Shown one piece after another: positions 30,601-39,272 of a stretch of DNA of 64,000 nt. Position numbers and translations under genes: made by a program. Within the stretch, counting starts at the first letter, position 1. Each line of letters opens with the position of its first letter. The notes below the pieces were generated by a model. It worked only from the letters and a program-made list of their open reading frames with translations, had not been told where the DNA came from and ran no database searches. This DNA comes from a virus. Where the stretch lies: the IMG/VR virus record IMGVR_UViG_3300047994_000162, positions 4,536-68,535 of that record. The stretch is one strand, 5' to 3'.

Positions 30601-31194
30601 GGCACCGCCGGTCCCGCCGGTCCCCGTTCCGATTCCGGCGCCGCCCGCGCCGCCGATCCCAGCATCGCCAGACCCGCCCGCGCCGCCCAGAGAGACGCCA
30701 CCATTGGACCCGGCGTTGCCGTTGCCATTCGGCCCAGCCGCGCCGCCACCGCCCCCAGGGTTGCCGTTGCCGACGCTGCCGCCATTGCCGCCCGAGAATC
30801 CGAACGACCCCGATCCAGTCCAGAATCCGTTGCCGGCCGCGCCGGTGCCAGTTCCGCCCGGACCGCCGGTGCCTCCGGTCGTGGTCGCTGGCGCGCCGCC
30901 GCCGCGGGCGCCGCAAGCCTGGCCGGTCGTGGGGAAGGCAACGGAATTGAACCACGAGTCGCCGCCAGCGGCACCGATCGCGCCGGCCGCACCGACGCTG
31001 AAATTGTACGCCGTGTTTGGCGCCAGCGTCAGAAAGCTACGGCTGAATCCACCACCAGCGCCGGCACCGCCGAGTGCATCGCCACCAGAGCCGGCACCCC
31101 AGCAATCGACCTGCACGGCGCCGGTCGTCGTCGGAATGTTGTTCGGGCTGGTCCAGATGCCAGCGCCGGTGGTGGTGAGAAAGATCTGCGGCAC
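27688..31194 (-). CDS. Giant Gly-rich protein with C-terminal Trp/Pro/Arg repeats (fibre-like)
   Basis: Two glycine-rich domains, then about 8 GWEIQ.PQPP..R.GAIMRGD.G repeats. Confidence 0.7.
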   Translation of the reverse strand: MPQIFLTTTGAGIWTSPNNIPTTTGAVQVDCWGAGSGGDALGGAGAGGGFSRSFLTLAPNTAYNFSVGAAGAIGAAGGDSWFNSVAFPTTGQACGARGGGAPATTTGGTGGPGGTGTGAAGNGFWTGSGSFGFSGGNGGSVGNGNPGGGGGAAGPNGNGNAGSNGGVSLGGAGGSGDAGIGGAGGAGIGTGTGGTGGAGTEATTNANNGGAAGSGGGGGGGITTGGQGGNYGAGGGAGLTTGAVGKQGLIVISFLPTSNPTIYFLQSGAIFPVPTDFNVASNSAEAIGAGGGGAGAVAGASGTSGFSGGGGAYAKATNITASSGQNLPFQVGTGGAAGTGSGGSGTGGTASFFNGTSGTGNNSVQANGGGPGIGGGSGSAGAGGTVVNGTGFAGGAGNGGNVGPTSAAGGGGGGAGGPNGVGAAGGGGRGSGGNWSGGGGGGSGGGTVGADGPNSGVGGAGGNNFGGTGSGAGGAFGSSSIGGAGTNGTNGGGGGAGGGSSVSGGGSAGNGGNGVEYLGLFGSGGGGGGGGGNNATGQGGKGGNGGLFGGGGGGCGSGATTANGGGTGANGLIVVTYQQLISTALFELNRNDRDIRATSQRPNLRAGAIMAGDSGTQAPFNFIPPGAAFAQGWEIQPFQPPNPNTGNIAKQNVKAAATMRGDEGNEAAFINWQNAGWEIQSVHPPTNPRVAQRYSALIGGDDADSNDQPALVPFYPAGWEIQSPQPPARLIRLPNQRAAGTMRGDDGNYAGMIRFFPFAFPIQPPQPNHPTPERRAGAIMRGDDGTADFLRRFIPFGWPIQMPQPPHPVPEKRSGAIARGDEGHQLPIIRPPSFIGWEIMPPPPLQWPRRQIAGALMRGLDGSEAPFFAILNRFDMVPQTLLRRRPRLVDAGDSGIEAPVPRPFWGWDSTPGNIVRRQRPSFLQATSLVEILPAPIDAAAWSIDTTELMRYRRFGPALEQEPSFLPLPRYVPFGYDHPETLFPRRRVKSIQLGETFIPIARRVVWGFEPPERPVGPRQRNKLAFERNDLFVPFPGHTWGWDATLPMNKARRVRTPLDRGYELVSSFQVRFPFGWNVQPWQPPHLRSERSGALARGEDGTEAMPIIPFPMGWEPSLFWPPHPRPERSGGVMLGDIGGAWGPFIFLVPSGAIASDYAVYLATAFDIGLPP

Positions 31195-31227
31195 TACCCC
31201 GGCGCTCCGTCATCCTGATGGCGGCGG

Positions 31228-31443
31228 CTACGAGGATTCCTCGTGCTCGCCGCACCAGTCTAACACGGGATGAGTGTTCGGATAGAATTGCCTGACGACG
31301 TCTTTGCCCCTGTCGCGGATCACGACAAGTTGGGGCGGAAAGCGCCTGCAAAACAGGTCGTTAGGATTCCGCTTATCGAAATGACGGCAAGACCCGCAGG
31401 CCGCCGTTCCTATTCGGCCGGCGCCGGCTGGCTCGTTTTCCAT
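31228..31443 (-). CDS. Small 4-Cys HiPIP-like protein
   Basis: CGSCRHF...CRRFPP...DWCGEH. Confidence 0.6.
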   Translation of the reverse strand: MENEPAGAGRIGTAACGSCRHFDKRNPNDLFCRRFPPQLVVIRDRGKDVVRQFYPNTHPVLDWCGEHEESS

Positions 31444-33773
31444 TGCTCAAGTTCCTCTGCGATGGTGTCGGTGACATCGGACCAGATATGCGGCTGATTG
31501 AAGTTGCGTTGCCGGAACACCCGGGTGGACGGATACCAAGGGCTTGCCTCGTTCCATGAAGCGCCAGGCCGCCAACACATGAAATGCCAGGAACAGGCAT
31601 CGCGCTGGCACATCAGCCACACCGGCTTGCCCATGGCGCCAGCCAGATGCGCGATCGCGGTGTCGACGGTGATCACGAGGTCAAGGCATTCGATCAGCGC
31701 TGCCGTCTCTCCCCATGAGGGGCGCGCCGGCAGCACGTCCTTGAACACGCTGGCGGGTAAATACTTGTCGATTTGCGACCGTTCCGGCCCTACTTGCAGC
31801 CCGACCGCCAGCATATCGAGGTCAAGGCAACGGCTGATGATCGGCGTCAGTTCGTTGAAATGCATCGATTTTCGCATGCCGTACTCTTTCATCCAGATGC
31901 CCTCCCGGATGCCGGACGACCAGCAGATGCCGACCGTGCGGGTGTTCTTCGGCAGCTTGGCGCGCATGTTCGACACCAAGATCGGGTCCGCTTTTAGATA
32001 CGGCCCGGCCCACGGCACCGAATCAATGTCGGTCCCAAGCACCGCCGGCAGGCTTCCGATCGGAATGTGGTAGTCGAACGGCATGATGCCGAGCGCGCCC
32101 GGATAATCCTTCGCCTTGGGGACGACCTCAATCCACGGCATGCTGGAGCGCATCAGGTCGACGAGTTCGTCGGCGCATTCGTAGCGCACCTGATATCCGC
32201 GCTCGGTCAGCATCGTCAGATATCGGACCATGCACAGGTTATCTCCAGCGCCGGCCTCATAATGGACGTGGATGATCACCTTGCTGCCGTCGTCTTTGAT
32301 CGGCGGTTCGCCTTTCCAGCGCGGCAGCGTGAACCGAATCATCGGCAAGAACATCGCCGGATTGCTGCGCTGGTGTTCACGATGCTCGTGTTCGATCCAG
32401 CCCTCGGCGTAGCGGCCGATCGAATGCAGGGCCAGCGACTTGTTCCAATGCGCGGTGGCGGGATCGCGGCACCCCAGCGCGATCGCGCGGTCGAACAGCA
32501 CGATGGCTTCCTCGTGTTCATGCTCGCGGTAGGCCACCATCGCCAGGCAATGAATGGCGTCGGCCTCCCGATCGGTCCCCATGACCTTGCCGCATACCTC
32601 GCGGACCTTGTCATAGTCGGCCGTATCCAGCGCGATCGTCGCGCGATCGAGCAGGGCCTCCGGGTCCATCGGATCGAGCGAAAGCTGTTCCTCGTAGGCG
32701 GCGGACGCCTTTTCGGCATTGTTCATTTCGTGGTGGATGCCGCCCAGCAACTTCCACGCCGTCGCATAGGTGGGCGAAATCTGGGTCGCCCGCTTGGCCT
32801 CAAGGAGGGCGCTGTCCAGATTTCCCATCGGCATGAAGCACTTTGTGCATAGCTCCAGCCGATAGTCGGTCGCCAGCGGATCGGCCATCAGGGCCTCGCG
32901 ATACCAGTCCGCCGCGGCGCCGAGGCGTTGCCTAGCCAAGGCCATCTTTGCATAAAATGCACACGCCTCCCCATGCGCGACTCGAGCGGCCCCGCTGATC
33001 GGTGGCGTCGTGATGCCCAAGATCAACCGGTAAAGTTGTTCTGCCGATACCGCATCGTCGGCCTCTACGTGCGTGCGGGCACGCTCTACCAGCGTCGTCA
33101 GATCAGCATCGACCCGTTTTCGGGCCGGCGCGACATTCAGCCACCCGGTCTGATACGAGCAAAAAGCCATATCGGCACCGCACAACATCATGTGCCGCGC
33201 CACGATCAGGCCCTTCCCGCCGACCTCGGCGCGCTGGTCGCCATCGAGTGTCGCGGGCGAATCATCGATCACCACCAGCGTCTCGGGCCGGATCATCGGC
33301 ATGGACGCCATGAGCTCGGCGTGATGGTGGATCGCGCTGGGCAGCGGATCCCATGACGTGAAATCGAACGAGTCCAGATACAGCAAATGGACCGTAAGAC
33401 CGACGATGTGATGCCCGACCTCTCCCTTGGCGAGCAGCTTGAGATACACGATGCTATCGCAGCATGCGACCGTTGTGGCGCTGCCGACGTTCTTTCCGGC
33501 CTCGGCGACGGCCGCAGGGTCGATATCGACCGAATAAACGTGGCTGCCGGGATGCGATGCGGCGTAGCGATCGAACAGGACGGTGCTGCATCCGTCGCCC
33601 TGCCATGATTCCTCGATCGCGGGGTCGCGGCGCGAGCATCCAGTCTCGACGATTGTCACCGGGCCGTCGAAGCGGTCCAGATGCTCGAACATCTTGACGA
33701 AAGTATCGGCGCGGCCGATCAGATGCGGGCGTGCCTCGGCGTCAAACCACGCCCAGAAGGTGTCGCTTTTCAT
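31410..33773 (-). CDS. Methyltransferase-TPR-GT9-like glycosyltransferase fusion
   Basis: IVETG/SVDID/LLYLDS MTase motifs; multiple TPRs; EAGAGD, VGICW, LDLVITVDTAIAHLAGAMGKPVW, PWYPS.RVFRQ. Confidence 0.85.
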   Translation of the reverse strand: MKSDTFWAWFDAEARPHLIGRADTFVKMFEHLDRFDGPVTIVETGCSRRDPAIEESWQGDGCSTVLFDRYAASHPGSHVYSVDIDPAAVAEAGKNVGSATTVACCDSIVYLKLLAKGEVGHHIVGLTVHLLYLDSFDFTSWDPLPSAIHHHAELMASMPMIRPETLVVIDDSPATLDGDQRAEVGGKGLIVARHMMLCGADMAFCSYQTGWLNVAPARKRVDADLTTLVERARTHVEADDAVSAEQLYRLILGITTPPISGAARVAHGEACAFYAKMALARQRLGAAADWYREALMADPLATDYRLELCTKCFMPMGNLDSALLEAKRATQISPTYATAWKLLGGIHHEMNNAEKASAAYEEQLSLDPMDPEALLDRATIALDTADYDKVREVCGKVMGTDREADAIHCLAMVAYREHEHEEAIVLFDRAIALGCRDPATAHWNKSLALHSIGRYAEGWIEHEHREHQRSNPAMFLPMIRFTLPRWKGEPPIKDDGSKVIIHVHYEAGAGDNLCMVRYLTMLTERGYQVRYECADELVDLMRSSMPWIEVVPKAKDYPGALGIMPFDYHIPIGSLPAVLGTDIDSVPWAGPYLKADPILVSNMRAKLPKNTRTVGICWSSGIREGIWMKEYGMRKSMHFNELTPIISRCLDLDMLAVGLQVGPERSQIDKYLPASVFKDVLPARPSWGETAALIECLDLVITVDTAIAHLAGAMGKPVWLMCQRDACSWHFMCWRPGASWNEASPWYPSTRVFRQRNFNQPHIWSDVTDTIAEELEQWKTSQPAPAE

Positions 33774-33785
33774 AGATTTGCTCCC

Positions 33786-33801
33786 TGTTTCACGTGAAAC
33801 G
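33786..33801. promoter_or_regulatory. parS: Second parS-type site
   Basis: TGTTTCACGTGAAACG, identical to 4623-4638; intergenic; overlaps the RBS of the glycosyltransferase. Confidence 0.75.
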
Positions 33802-33802
33802 A

Positions 33803-34312
33803 TCAGATATTCGAGCCGCCGAGGGGGTCGGCGACGGTGTCGGTCTTGGCGACGGCCTCCAGCCGATGGCCGCAGTTCGGGCACGCCACCCATTGCGGCT
33901 CGACGTCGCGCTGGCAATTGGCGCATTTCGGCGCCGGGGCCTTTTCCTTTTCCTTCGGATGCAACCGGGTGCGTTCCTCGCCGACATAGCCGTCGTCGTA
34001 GAACCGGACCTGCCGGGTGCCGGCGCAGCGGTGACACGCGGAATCGCCGCCCTGGCTACCGACGCCAGCGCAATCCGGGCACGGCCCCATGCGCCAATGC
34101 TGCCACGGCGCACCATCCTTCAAGGCCGTGAGCGTGTGATCGAATCCGAGCGCCGGGCTGTGCTTGTTGCATCCGAAATCGGCTTTCGTCGGGATGCCGA
34201 TCTCGTGACAAGAGCCCTCGCCATCGGGCGCCCGGTAAAGATCGATCTCGGTCCCGTCGCTGTAGCGGGTAACGCTGGCGATCAGCCAATGGCTGCAATC
34301 CGAGCAATTCAT
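33803..34312 (-). CDS. Multi-Cys protein (HiPIP-like + DnaJ-type zinc finger + zinc ribbon)
   Basis: CSDC..W...C...DFGC; CPDCAGVG/CHRCAGT; CANC...CPNCG. Confidence 0.6.
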   Translation of the reverse strand: MNCSDCSHWLIASVTRYSDGTEIDLYRAPDGEGSCHEIGIPTKADFGCNKHSPALGFDHTLTALKDGAPWQHWRMGPCPDCAGVGSQGGDSACHRCAGTRQVRFYDDGYVGEERTRLHPKEKEKAPAPKCANCQRDVEPQWVACPNCGHRLEAVAKTDTVADPLGGSNI

Positions 34313-34581
34313 GCCGAGGCCCTCATCTGGTCGGCGCGATCGCGCAACCACGCCACGATGCGATCGACGATCCCGGGCTGAGGCGCCGGATGCGGAATGT
34401 ACCGGGTGGTGTAGTCGTCGCTGGCGATCGAAAGCTCCATGAGCTCGATCGGCCGGAAATGTGTCATGTCCGGATTGTCGCTCGAATGGAGGAATTGCCA
34501 GTTCATGTCGGCGCGGACAACCGCCTGCGCGACGATGCCCGTTCTGGGGTCGCGCATCATCAACAATAGTGCTGTTTTCAT
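34309..34581 (-). CDS. Hypothetical protein
   Basis: AACAGGGAG RBS; coupled to next gene. Confidence 0.5.
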   Translation of the reverse strand: MKTALLLMMRDPRTGIVAQAVVRADMNWQFLHSSDNPDMTHFRPIELMELSIASDDYTTRYIPHPAPQPGIVDRIVAWLRDRADQMRASA

Positions 34582-34633
34582 CGGTGGGCTCCCTGTTCGC
34601 GGGAGCGACGATAGGGGAAATAAATGCCCAACG

Positions 34634-34918
34634 CTAGTAACAGCGCCAGGCGCCGATCTGGAGCCGTTGCTGGAGGCGGGCGATTTCCTCCTGCCGCTCG
34701 GCCTCTTGTTCGAACGGCCGGCACGGCTTGCCGGCGCATTCGAGGCAAATCAGCTTCATGCAGCCGCGGCAGATATCGACGAACTCCATCATGCGCTTGA
34801 CGCTTGGAAATTCAGACATGGATTGGCAATGGGAACATACGCTAGAATGTACTTCGGTGACGATCCCGTCGCATTTGTACATTCCAACACTACCGGGGGA
34901 AAAACGTTGCAGCTTCAT
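34634..34918 (-). CDS. Zinc-finger protein
   Basis: CSHC, CRGC, CLEC, C.PFE. Confidence 0.55.
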   Translation of the reverse strand: MKLQRFSPGSVGMYKCDGIVTEVHSSVCSHCQSMSEFPSVKRMMEFVDICRGCMKLICLECAGKPCRPFEQEAERQEEIARLQQRLQIGAWRCY

Positions 34919-35288
34919 CCACCCTACCTCGCCGGGCTTTTCGATGGTGAAGGATACGTATCACTGGCTTACGTTGCAAGACGGCGCCAGAAAACCGACC
35001 CAACCATAGCAATTCGCAGCATGCGGTGTCACGCGCTTCGCCATACGGCGGATTACAGAACACTGAATGGGCTTCCCACGGTAGCGAGCAGCCGTCTTGC
35101 GGCAGGTGATAGAACAGCGCCGCGTCGGTCGGGTTGTCGGGTTCAGTGCAGGGGTCGAGCCCAATACCGCCGAGCAAATTGCGAATTGGTTCCAGCACAT
35201 AAGCAGGCGTCAGCATCGCTTGCCGCGCATGGTGATCGGGGCGTCGGCGCTTGGCGTTGTCGAAACGATGTGAAGCAACTACGGGCAT
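34890..35288 (-). pseudogene. Truncated phage N6-adenine methyltransferase
   Basis: TP...LDPC...W...VFCNPPYG, then loses similarity. Confidence 0.65.
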
Positions 35289-35580
35289 CTAGATATAGCG
35301 CCTTTCAGCGTTTGTGTGTTGGAACCGGATAAGCATGATTGATTTGTCGATAAAGTTTCTCGGGACTGTCGGCGGTCTCGGCCAACGAACCAAGCAAGGC
35401 GACTGGGATATGCGCCTCGAGGTATTCGAAAGACTGAGAGTCATCAACCAACGTGGTGGCCAGAGAAAGCCAGTCTTATTGCCAGAGCGTGCTCCGGTCG
35501 GCCTCAAGCCAAAAACAGCTTACTCGCCGAAAGAACTAAAGGACCGAATGGCCGCCGTGAGAGCGGCCAAACTGCCTTAG
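34907..35580 (+). pseudogene. Split LAGLIDADG homing endonuclease remnant
   Basis: YLAGLFDGEGYV near 34924; C-terminal-like ...LEVFERLRVINQRG in 35314-35580; middle occupied by the antisense MTase fragment. Confidence 0.55.
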
Positions 35581-36176
35581 CGTTCGATGAACGAAATGTT
35601 GCCGATGCCGGTGGCGGTGAAGTTCGACGACAAGGCGCGGAGGCCGATGCCGGTGACGGCGGTCGCCGGGATGATGATGTTGTCGCCGTCGTCGAGGGCG
35701 CGCCAGCGGTAAGAACCGCGTTGGTTGATCGCCCAGGATTTCAGCGAAAGGCCAAAGCCGGCGGTCGTGTAGGTCAGTTCGGCGAGCGCGTTGTTGGCGA
35801 ACTGTGCCAGCGGGCTCGAGTCCGCGATGTCGAGAAGGTTGGGGACAACCGCGGTGGCGGTCAGGATGGCGGTGGCGCCGAAGCGGCTCAAATCCCACTG
35901 GACCTGACAATCGGTGGACGACAGCGCACCGGTCTGACCGAACTCGGCTTCATAGACCTGCATGCGGCGGGTGCCGGTGGACCAGAGCGCGCCCGCGGTC
36001 TTGAACGCGGTCGACAAGGTGCCCTGCAAGAGCGGCGCTTCGTAGTTGGCGAAACAGGTCATCGGATCGATGAAGGCCGAAGCGGCGAGTAGCGCGGCGA
36101 TCTTGCCGAACTTTGCAGAGTGAATCATCGCGGGAGCCCCCATCTGGTCGGACAGCGTTTCTGTCTGCCCGATCAT
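35577..36176 (-). CDS. Putative virion structural protein
   Basis: Beta-rich, INQRGSYRW motif; neck region. Confidence 0.5.
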   Translation of the reverse strand: MIGQTETLSDQMGAPAMIHSAKFGKIAALLAASAFIDPMTCFANYEAPLLQGTLSTAFKTAGALWSTGTRRMQVYEAEFGQTGALSSTDCQVQWDLSRFGATAILTATAVVPNLLDIADSSPLAQFANNALAELTYTTAGFGLSLKSWAINQRGSYRWRALDDGDNIIIPATAVTGIGLRALSSNFTATGIGNISFIER

Positions 36177-36204
36177 TTACCGCGAATCGTCTCGCGGCAC
36201 AAGT

Positions 36205-36585
36205 TTAGCTGGAGCGCTTGCCCTTGCCGCCCTTGGTCGGCGCTGGCACCGGCGCGTCGCCGGGGCCGATATACTCCCAGCCGGCCTTCGACAAATGCGC
36301 TGGCTCCCACGCCAAGCGATTGCCGTGCCCCGGCTTTGTCGGGCCCCACGCGCTTTCGGCCGCATGCCAGATCATCGCCATCTGAGGGTGCCCGCCAGGC
36401 GGCTGCATGATGTGGCTGGTGCCGTCCTTGGTGCCAGAAGGTGGGTTGCAATTCTTGGTCCCGTTGGCGCCGGCCGGAAGATCTGGCGCGGCCGTATGAG
36501 CAATGTAGCCCATTCCCGGCACGAACTGATGATGGATGCGCTTCTGATGCGCGGTCGCACGATTGACGAGCGGAGATCCTGCCAT
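36205..36585 (-). CDS. Hypothetical protein
   Basis: ORF in operon. Confidence 0.5.
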   Translation of the reverse strand: MAGSPLVNRATAHQKRIHHQFVPGMGYIAHTAAPDLPAGANGTKNCNPPSGTKDGTSHIMQPPGGHPQMAMIWHAAESAWGPTKPGHGNRLAWEPAHLSKAGWEYIGPGDAPVPAPTKGGKGKRSS

Positions 36586-36588
36586 GGC

Positions 36589-36777
36589 CTACTTCCCGTA
36601 ATACTCGCCGCACCATTCGGCCGCATCGACCGGCGGCCAATGTCCGGTATCGCTCGGCGGCCCGCGCTTGCAAAGCCCCTCTTTCGCGGAGCCCATGCGC
36701 GCCGTCTCGGTCTGTTTCTGGGCATCGGTCAGCGTCGCGAAGAATTGGCACCCGGCGCAGGATCTCGAAATTCTCAT
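36589..36777 (-). CDS. Small 4-Cys HiPIP-like protein
   Basis: CAGCQFF...CKRGPP...WPPV...EWCGEY; resembles 31228-31443. Confidence 0.6.
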   Translation of the reverse strand: MRISRSCAGCQFFATLTDAQKQTETARMGSAKEGLCKRGPPSDTGHWPPVDAAEWCGEYYGK

Positions 36778-37274
36778 CTAACCCACGCCTTGAAGCTGGC
36801 CTGATAGAGGCCGGTGTCGATGAATGACGGCCGCGGCGATCGCGTCTTGTTGAAGCCGCTCTTGAACCGGCTGCTTTTGCCCGCCTGGGCGGCGGCCGTC
36901 GGTATACCGGGGACGCCCAGCGAATCAAGCTCGCGACCGGACAGCATTTGCTTGAAGCCATCCTCGATCTGGGACGCGACGGTGCCCATGACGTCCAGAT
37001 TGGCCGGGCCGCCCATCAGGAAGGTTTCGAGCGAGCCGCTGACCGAGTTCGCGAAATCGTCCGCGATCTTGGCCTGATGGAGTTCGTAATAAATCTCCAT
37101 GACGTGGTAGCGGTTTTCCAGCCAGCCCGCGACGTCGCCGGTGGTGGTGTTGCCATATTTGGCAGCCTGCGATTTGTGCGGCCATGGCCGGCGCCCCGCC
37201 TTGCGGACCTTCTTCGGCGCACTCGGCGGTTCGACATACGGGATATCGATGACGCCAAGGTGCAGCGTCGGCAT
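36774..37274 (-). CDS. Neck / tail-completion protein
   Basis: LHLGV N-terminus; RPSFIDTGLYQAS. Confidence 0.7.
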   Translation of the reverse strand: MPTLHLGVIDIPYVEPPSAPKKVRKAGRRPWPHKSQAAKYGNTTTGDVAGWLENRYHVMEIYYELHQAKIADDFANSVSGSLETFLMGGPANLDVMGTVASQIEDGFKQMLSGRELDSLGVPGIPTAAAQAGKSSRFKSGFNKTRSPRPSFIDTGLYQASFKAWVR

Positions 37275-37282
37275 ATCGGCCC

Positions 37283-37699
37283 CTATTGATAGTCGAAATT
37301 GACGTTGTAGTTGGCCGCCGTCGGCGACGTATTGTCATTGTCGGCGATTCCGGTCACGACGCAAAAGCCCAGCCCGAGCTTGAACTTTACGCCCAGCGGG
37401 ATCGCGGGGTTCGATAGGCCGCCATTCGCGGCCGTCGCGGCGGCCGGGATCACGATCACCTTGATGGGCGTATCCGTCCCACAGGTCGGCGCGGTCGCCT
37501 TGTCGTAGAACTTCAGATAGGCGGGCGCCGCATTGATGCCGGACACCTGTATCGAAAACACCCCATGAGCGCCGGCCGCCACCAGCGTCGAATTGTTCGT
37601 GTTGGCGGCGATCAGATGATACGGCGTCGTCACCGCCTGGGCGCGCGCGGCCGCGGGAGCGAAGATCAAGGCCAGCAGGATGAGCGCGATCGCCTTCAT
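37283..37699 (-). CDS. Signal-peptide-bearing beta protein in head-tail region
   Basis: MKAIALILLALIFAPAAARA|Q; YLKFYDKATAPT.GTD motif of phage structural proteins. Confidence 0.6.
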   Translation of the reverse strand: MKAIALILLALIFAPAAARAQAVTTPYHLIAANTNNSTLVAAGAHGVFSIQVSGINAAPAYLKFYDKATAPTCGTDTPIKVIVIPAAATAANGGLSNPAIPLGVKFKLGLGFCVVTGIADNDNTSPTAANYNVNFDYQ

Positions 37700-38052
37700 T
37701 TCTCGACTCCATCATTGGACTTTTTGCCGCGCCCCGTCGTGGTGGGCACCTCGACCGACGGCCGCTGCGGATCATCAGACTTCGGCGGCGCCGGCACCTC
37801 CAGAATGCCCGATGTCTCGACGTTCTTCAATTCGGCCGTGTGGATCGACATCAGGCCGAACGGCATCGGATCCTCGGCCGAGCCGTCGATCGCGCCGAAC
37901 GCCCGCATGTGCTCCAGCAGGCCCTCGATACCGTCGGCGTCGCCCATCACGCGCAGCTGCTCGCCGGGCCGCACAAATACCGGCGTCTGGACCAGCGTGG
38001 CGCGGATCTCCCGGGATTGCTGGGTGCCGTTGTAAATCCAGAAATCGGTCAT
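37696..38052 (-). CDS. Hypothetical protein
   Basis: Coupled ORF; N-terminus resembles 38568-39164. Confidence 0.5.
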   Translation of the reverse strand: MTDFWIYNGTQQSREIRATLVQTPVFVRPGEQLRVMGDADGIEGLLEHMRAFGAIDGSAEDPMPFGLMSIHTAELKNVETSGILEVPAPPKSDDPQRPSVEVPTTTGRGKKSNDGVEK

Positions 38053-38549
38053 CAGGAAATTCCCCATGTTGACGGCCCGTAGCTCTGAGCCCACCCCAGA
38101 TATTGGCGGCCGTACGGCGTCTTGAGATTTTGGATGTTCGCCAGCGTGAAGTTCTTCGCGGCATCCTGCACCACAAGGCTGACCGACGTCGACTCGTCGG
38201 CGCTGGCCTGCACGATGCCCGATACAAACCCGGTGATATTCAACTGTTTCCGCAGCTTGGCGAAATACTTGCTGCCGTTCTGATCGGGCGCGTAGTTGAT
38301 GAGATTGTCGGCCGCCAGATTATAGACCGCCTCCGAATAGATCGAAAATCCGCCGCTGTTAAGCTCGACCTGTGCGGCATCGAACTGCGGAATGCAAACC
38401 ACCCTCAGCGCCGGATTGACCAGCGCCAGGGCGTTCGCGAACGCATACCCGATGAAAGGCGACGTCACCGGCAAAGCCGATGCCGGCACCTTCATCACGT
38501 TCTTGATGAAATTCTGGAAGCCGGCGAGGGTCGGCTGCGGGGCCGTCAT
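38052..38549 (-). CDS. Head-tail adaptor (DUF4054-like)
   Basis: SADESTSVS...LKTPYGRQYL. Confidence 0.75.
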   Translation of the reverse strand: MTAPQPTLAGFQNFIKNVMKVPASALPVTSPFIGYAFANALALVNPALRVVCIPQFDAAQVELNSGGFSIYSEAVYNLAADNLINYAPDQNGSKYFAKLRKQLNITGFVSGIVQASADESTSVSLVVQDAAKNFTLANIQNLKTPYGRQYLGWAQSYGPSTWGIS

Positions 38550-38567
38550 TCGCGTGCCTCCCGGCGG

Positions 38568-39164
38568 TTAGCGCTTCCGTGCGGACTTGTTGCGGGCGGC
38601 CGGCTTGCCGGAACGAGGGCCGGTCTTGCCCTCGGGGACGATCTCGAAACCCTCGGCGATCGTCTTTTCGCCCGCCTCGGATTGTTCAAGCTGCTCGAAC
38701 GCTACCGTGGTGCTGTCCGACGGTTCGGCAGGGATGCCTTGTTCCATAAACTGTTGCTGGACGGTCTGCTGGACCAGATCATTCGACGCCACCGCGGACT
38801 TGGCGCGCCGATCGCGGCCTTCCTCGATCTGGACGCCGTTGTTGTGATTCTGGATCGCGCGCATCACGTCCGCCGGCACCGGGCTATCGACGTTGAACAC
38901 GTAGTTGATTTTCTTGCGCGGAAGCCGACCGACCTCCTTGGCCGCGATGATGCCGTAGGGCTCAAGCTGGTCGACGATATCCTGCACCTGTGTGAGGTGG
39001 AAATCGCGCGAGCCGATCATGGCCTGGCGGCCCGGCTGAATGTCTTGCTGTTTGGCGGGCTGGAAGCGACGCATCACTTCGTCCTCGCCCTTTTTGTTGT
39101 AGTCGAGCCGATAGCAGATGATCTGCACCTGTTTCGTCGGGTTGGCGATGTAGAGCGCGGTCAT
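38568..39164 (-). CDS. Head-associated hypothetical protein
   Basis: Directly downstream of capsid; LYIANPTKQ. Confidence 0.55.
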   Translation of the reverse strand: MTALYIANPTKQVQIICYRLDYNKKGEDEVMRRFQPAKQQDIQPGRQAMIGSRDFHLTQVQDIVDQLEPYGIIAAKEVGRLPRKKINYVFNVDSPVPADVMRAIQNHNNGVQIEEGRDRRAKSAVASNDLVQQTVQQQFMEQGIPAEPSDSTTVAFEQLEQSEAGEKTIAEGFEIVPEGKTGPRSGKPAARNKSARKR

Positions 39165-39213
39165 GGTTCTGGTTCTCCCCGTTGCGGTGCCGGCAATCTA
39201 CGCCGAACACCAC

Positions 39214-39245
39214 AAAAGAAAAAGGGCCGGGATTTCTCCCAGCCC
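39214..39245 (-). terminator. Rho-independent terminator after capsid gene
   Basis: GGGCTGGGA-GAAA-TCCCGGCCC followed by TTTTTCTTTT. Confidence 0.8.
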
Positions 39246-39272
39246 CTCCAGATGGACGCAAGCGCCCGGGAT

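Noticed and set aside
29468-31273. Proline-rich plus-strand ORFs
   Set aside because: Reverse complement of GGC glycine codons in the fibre gene
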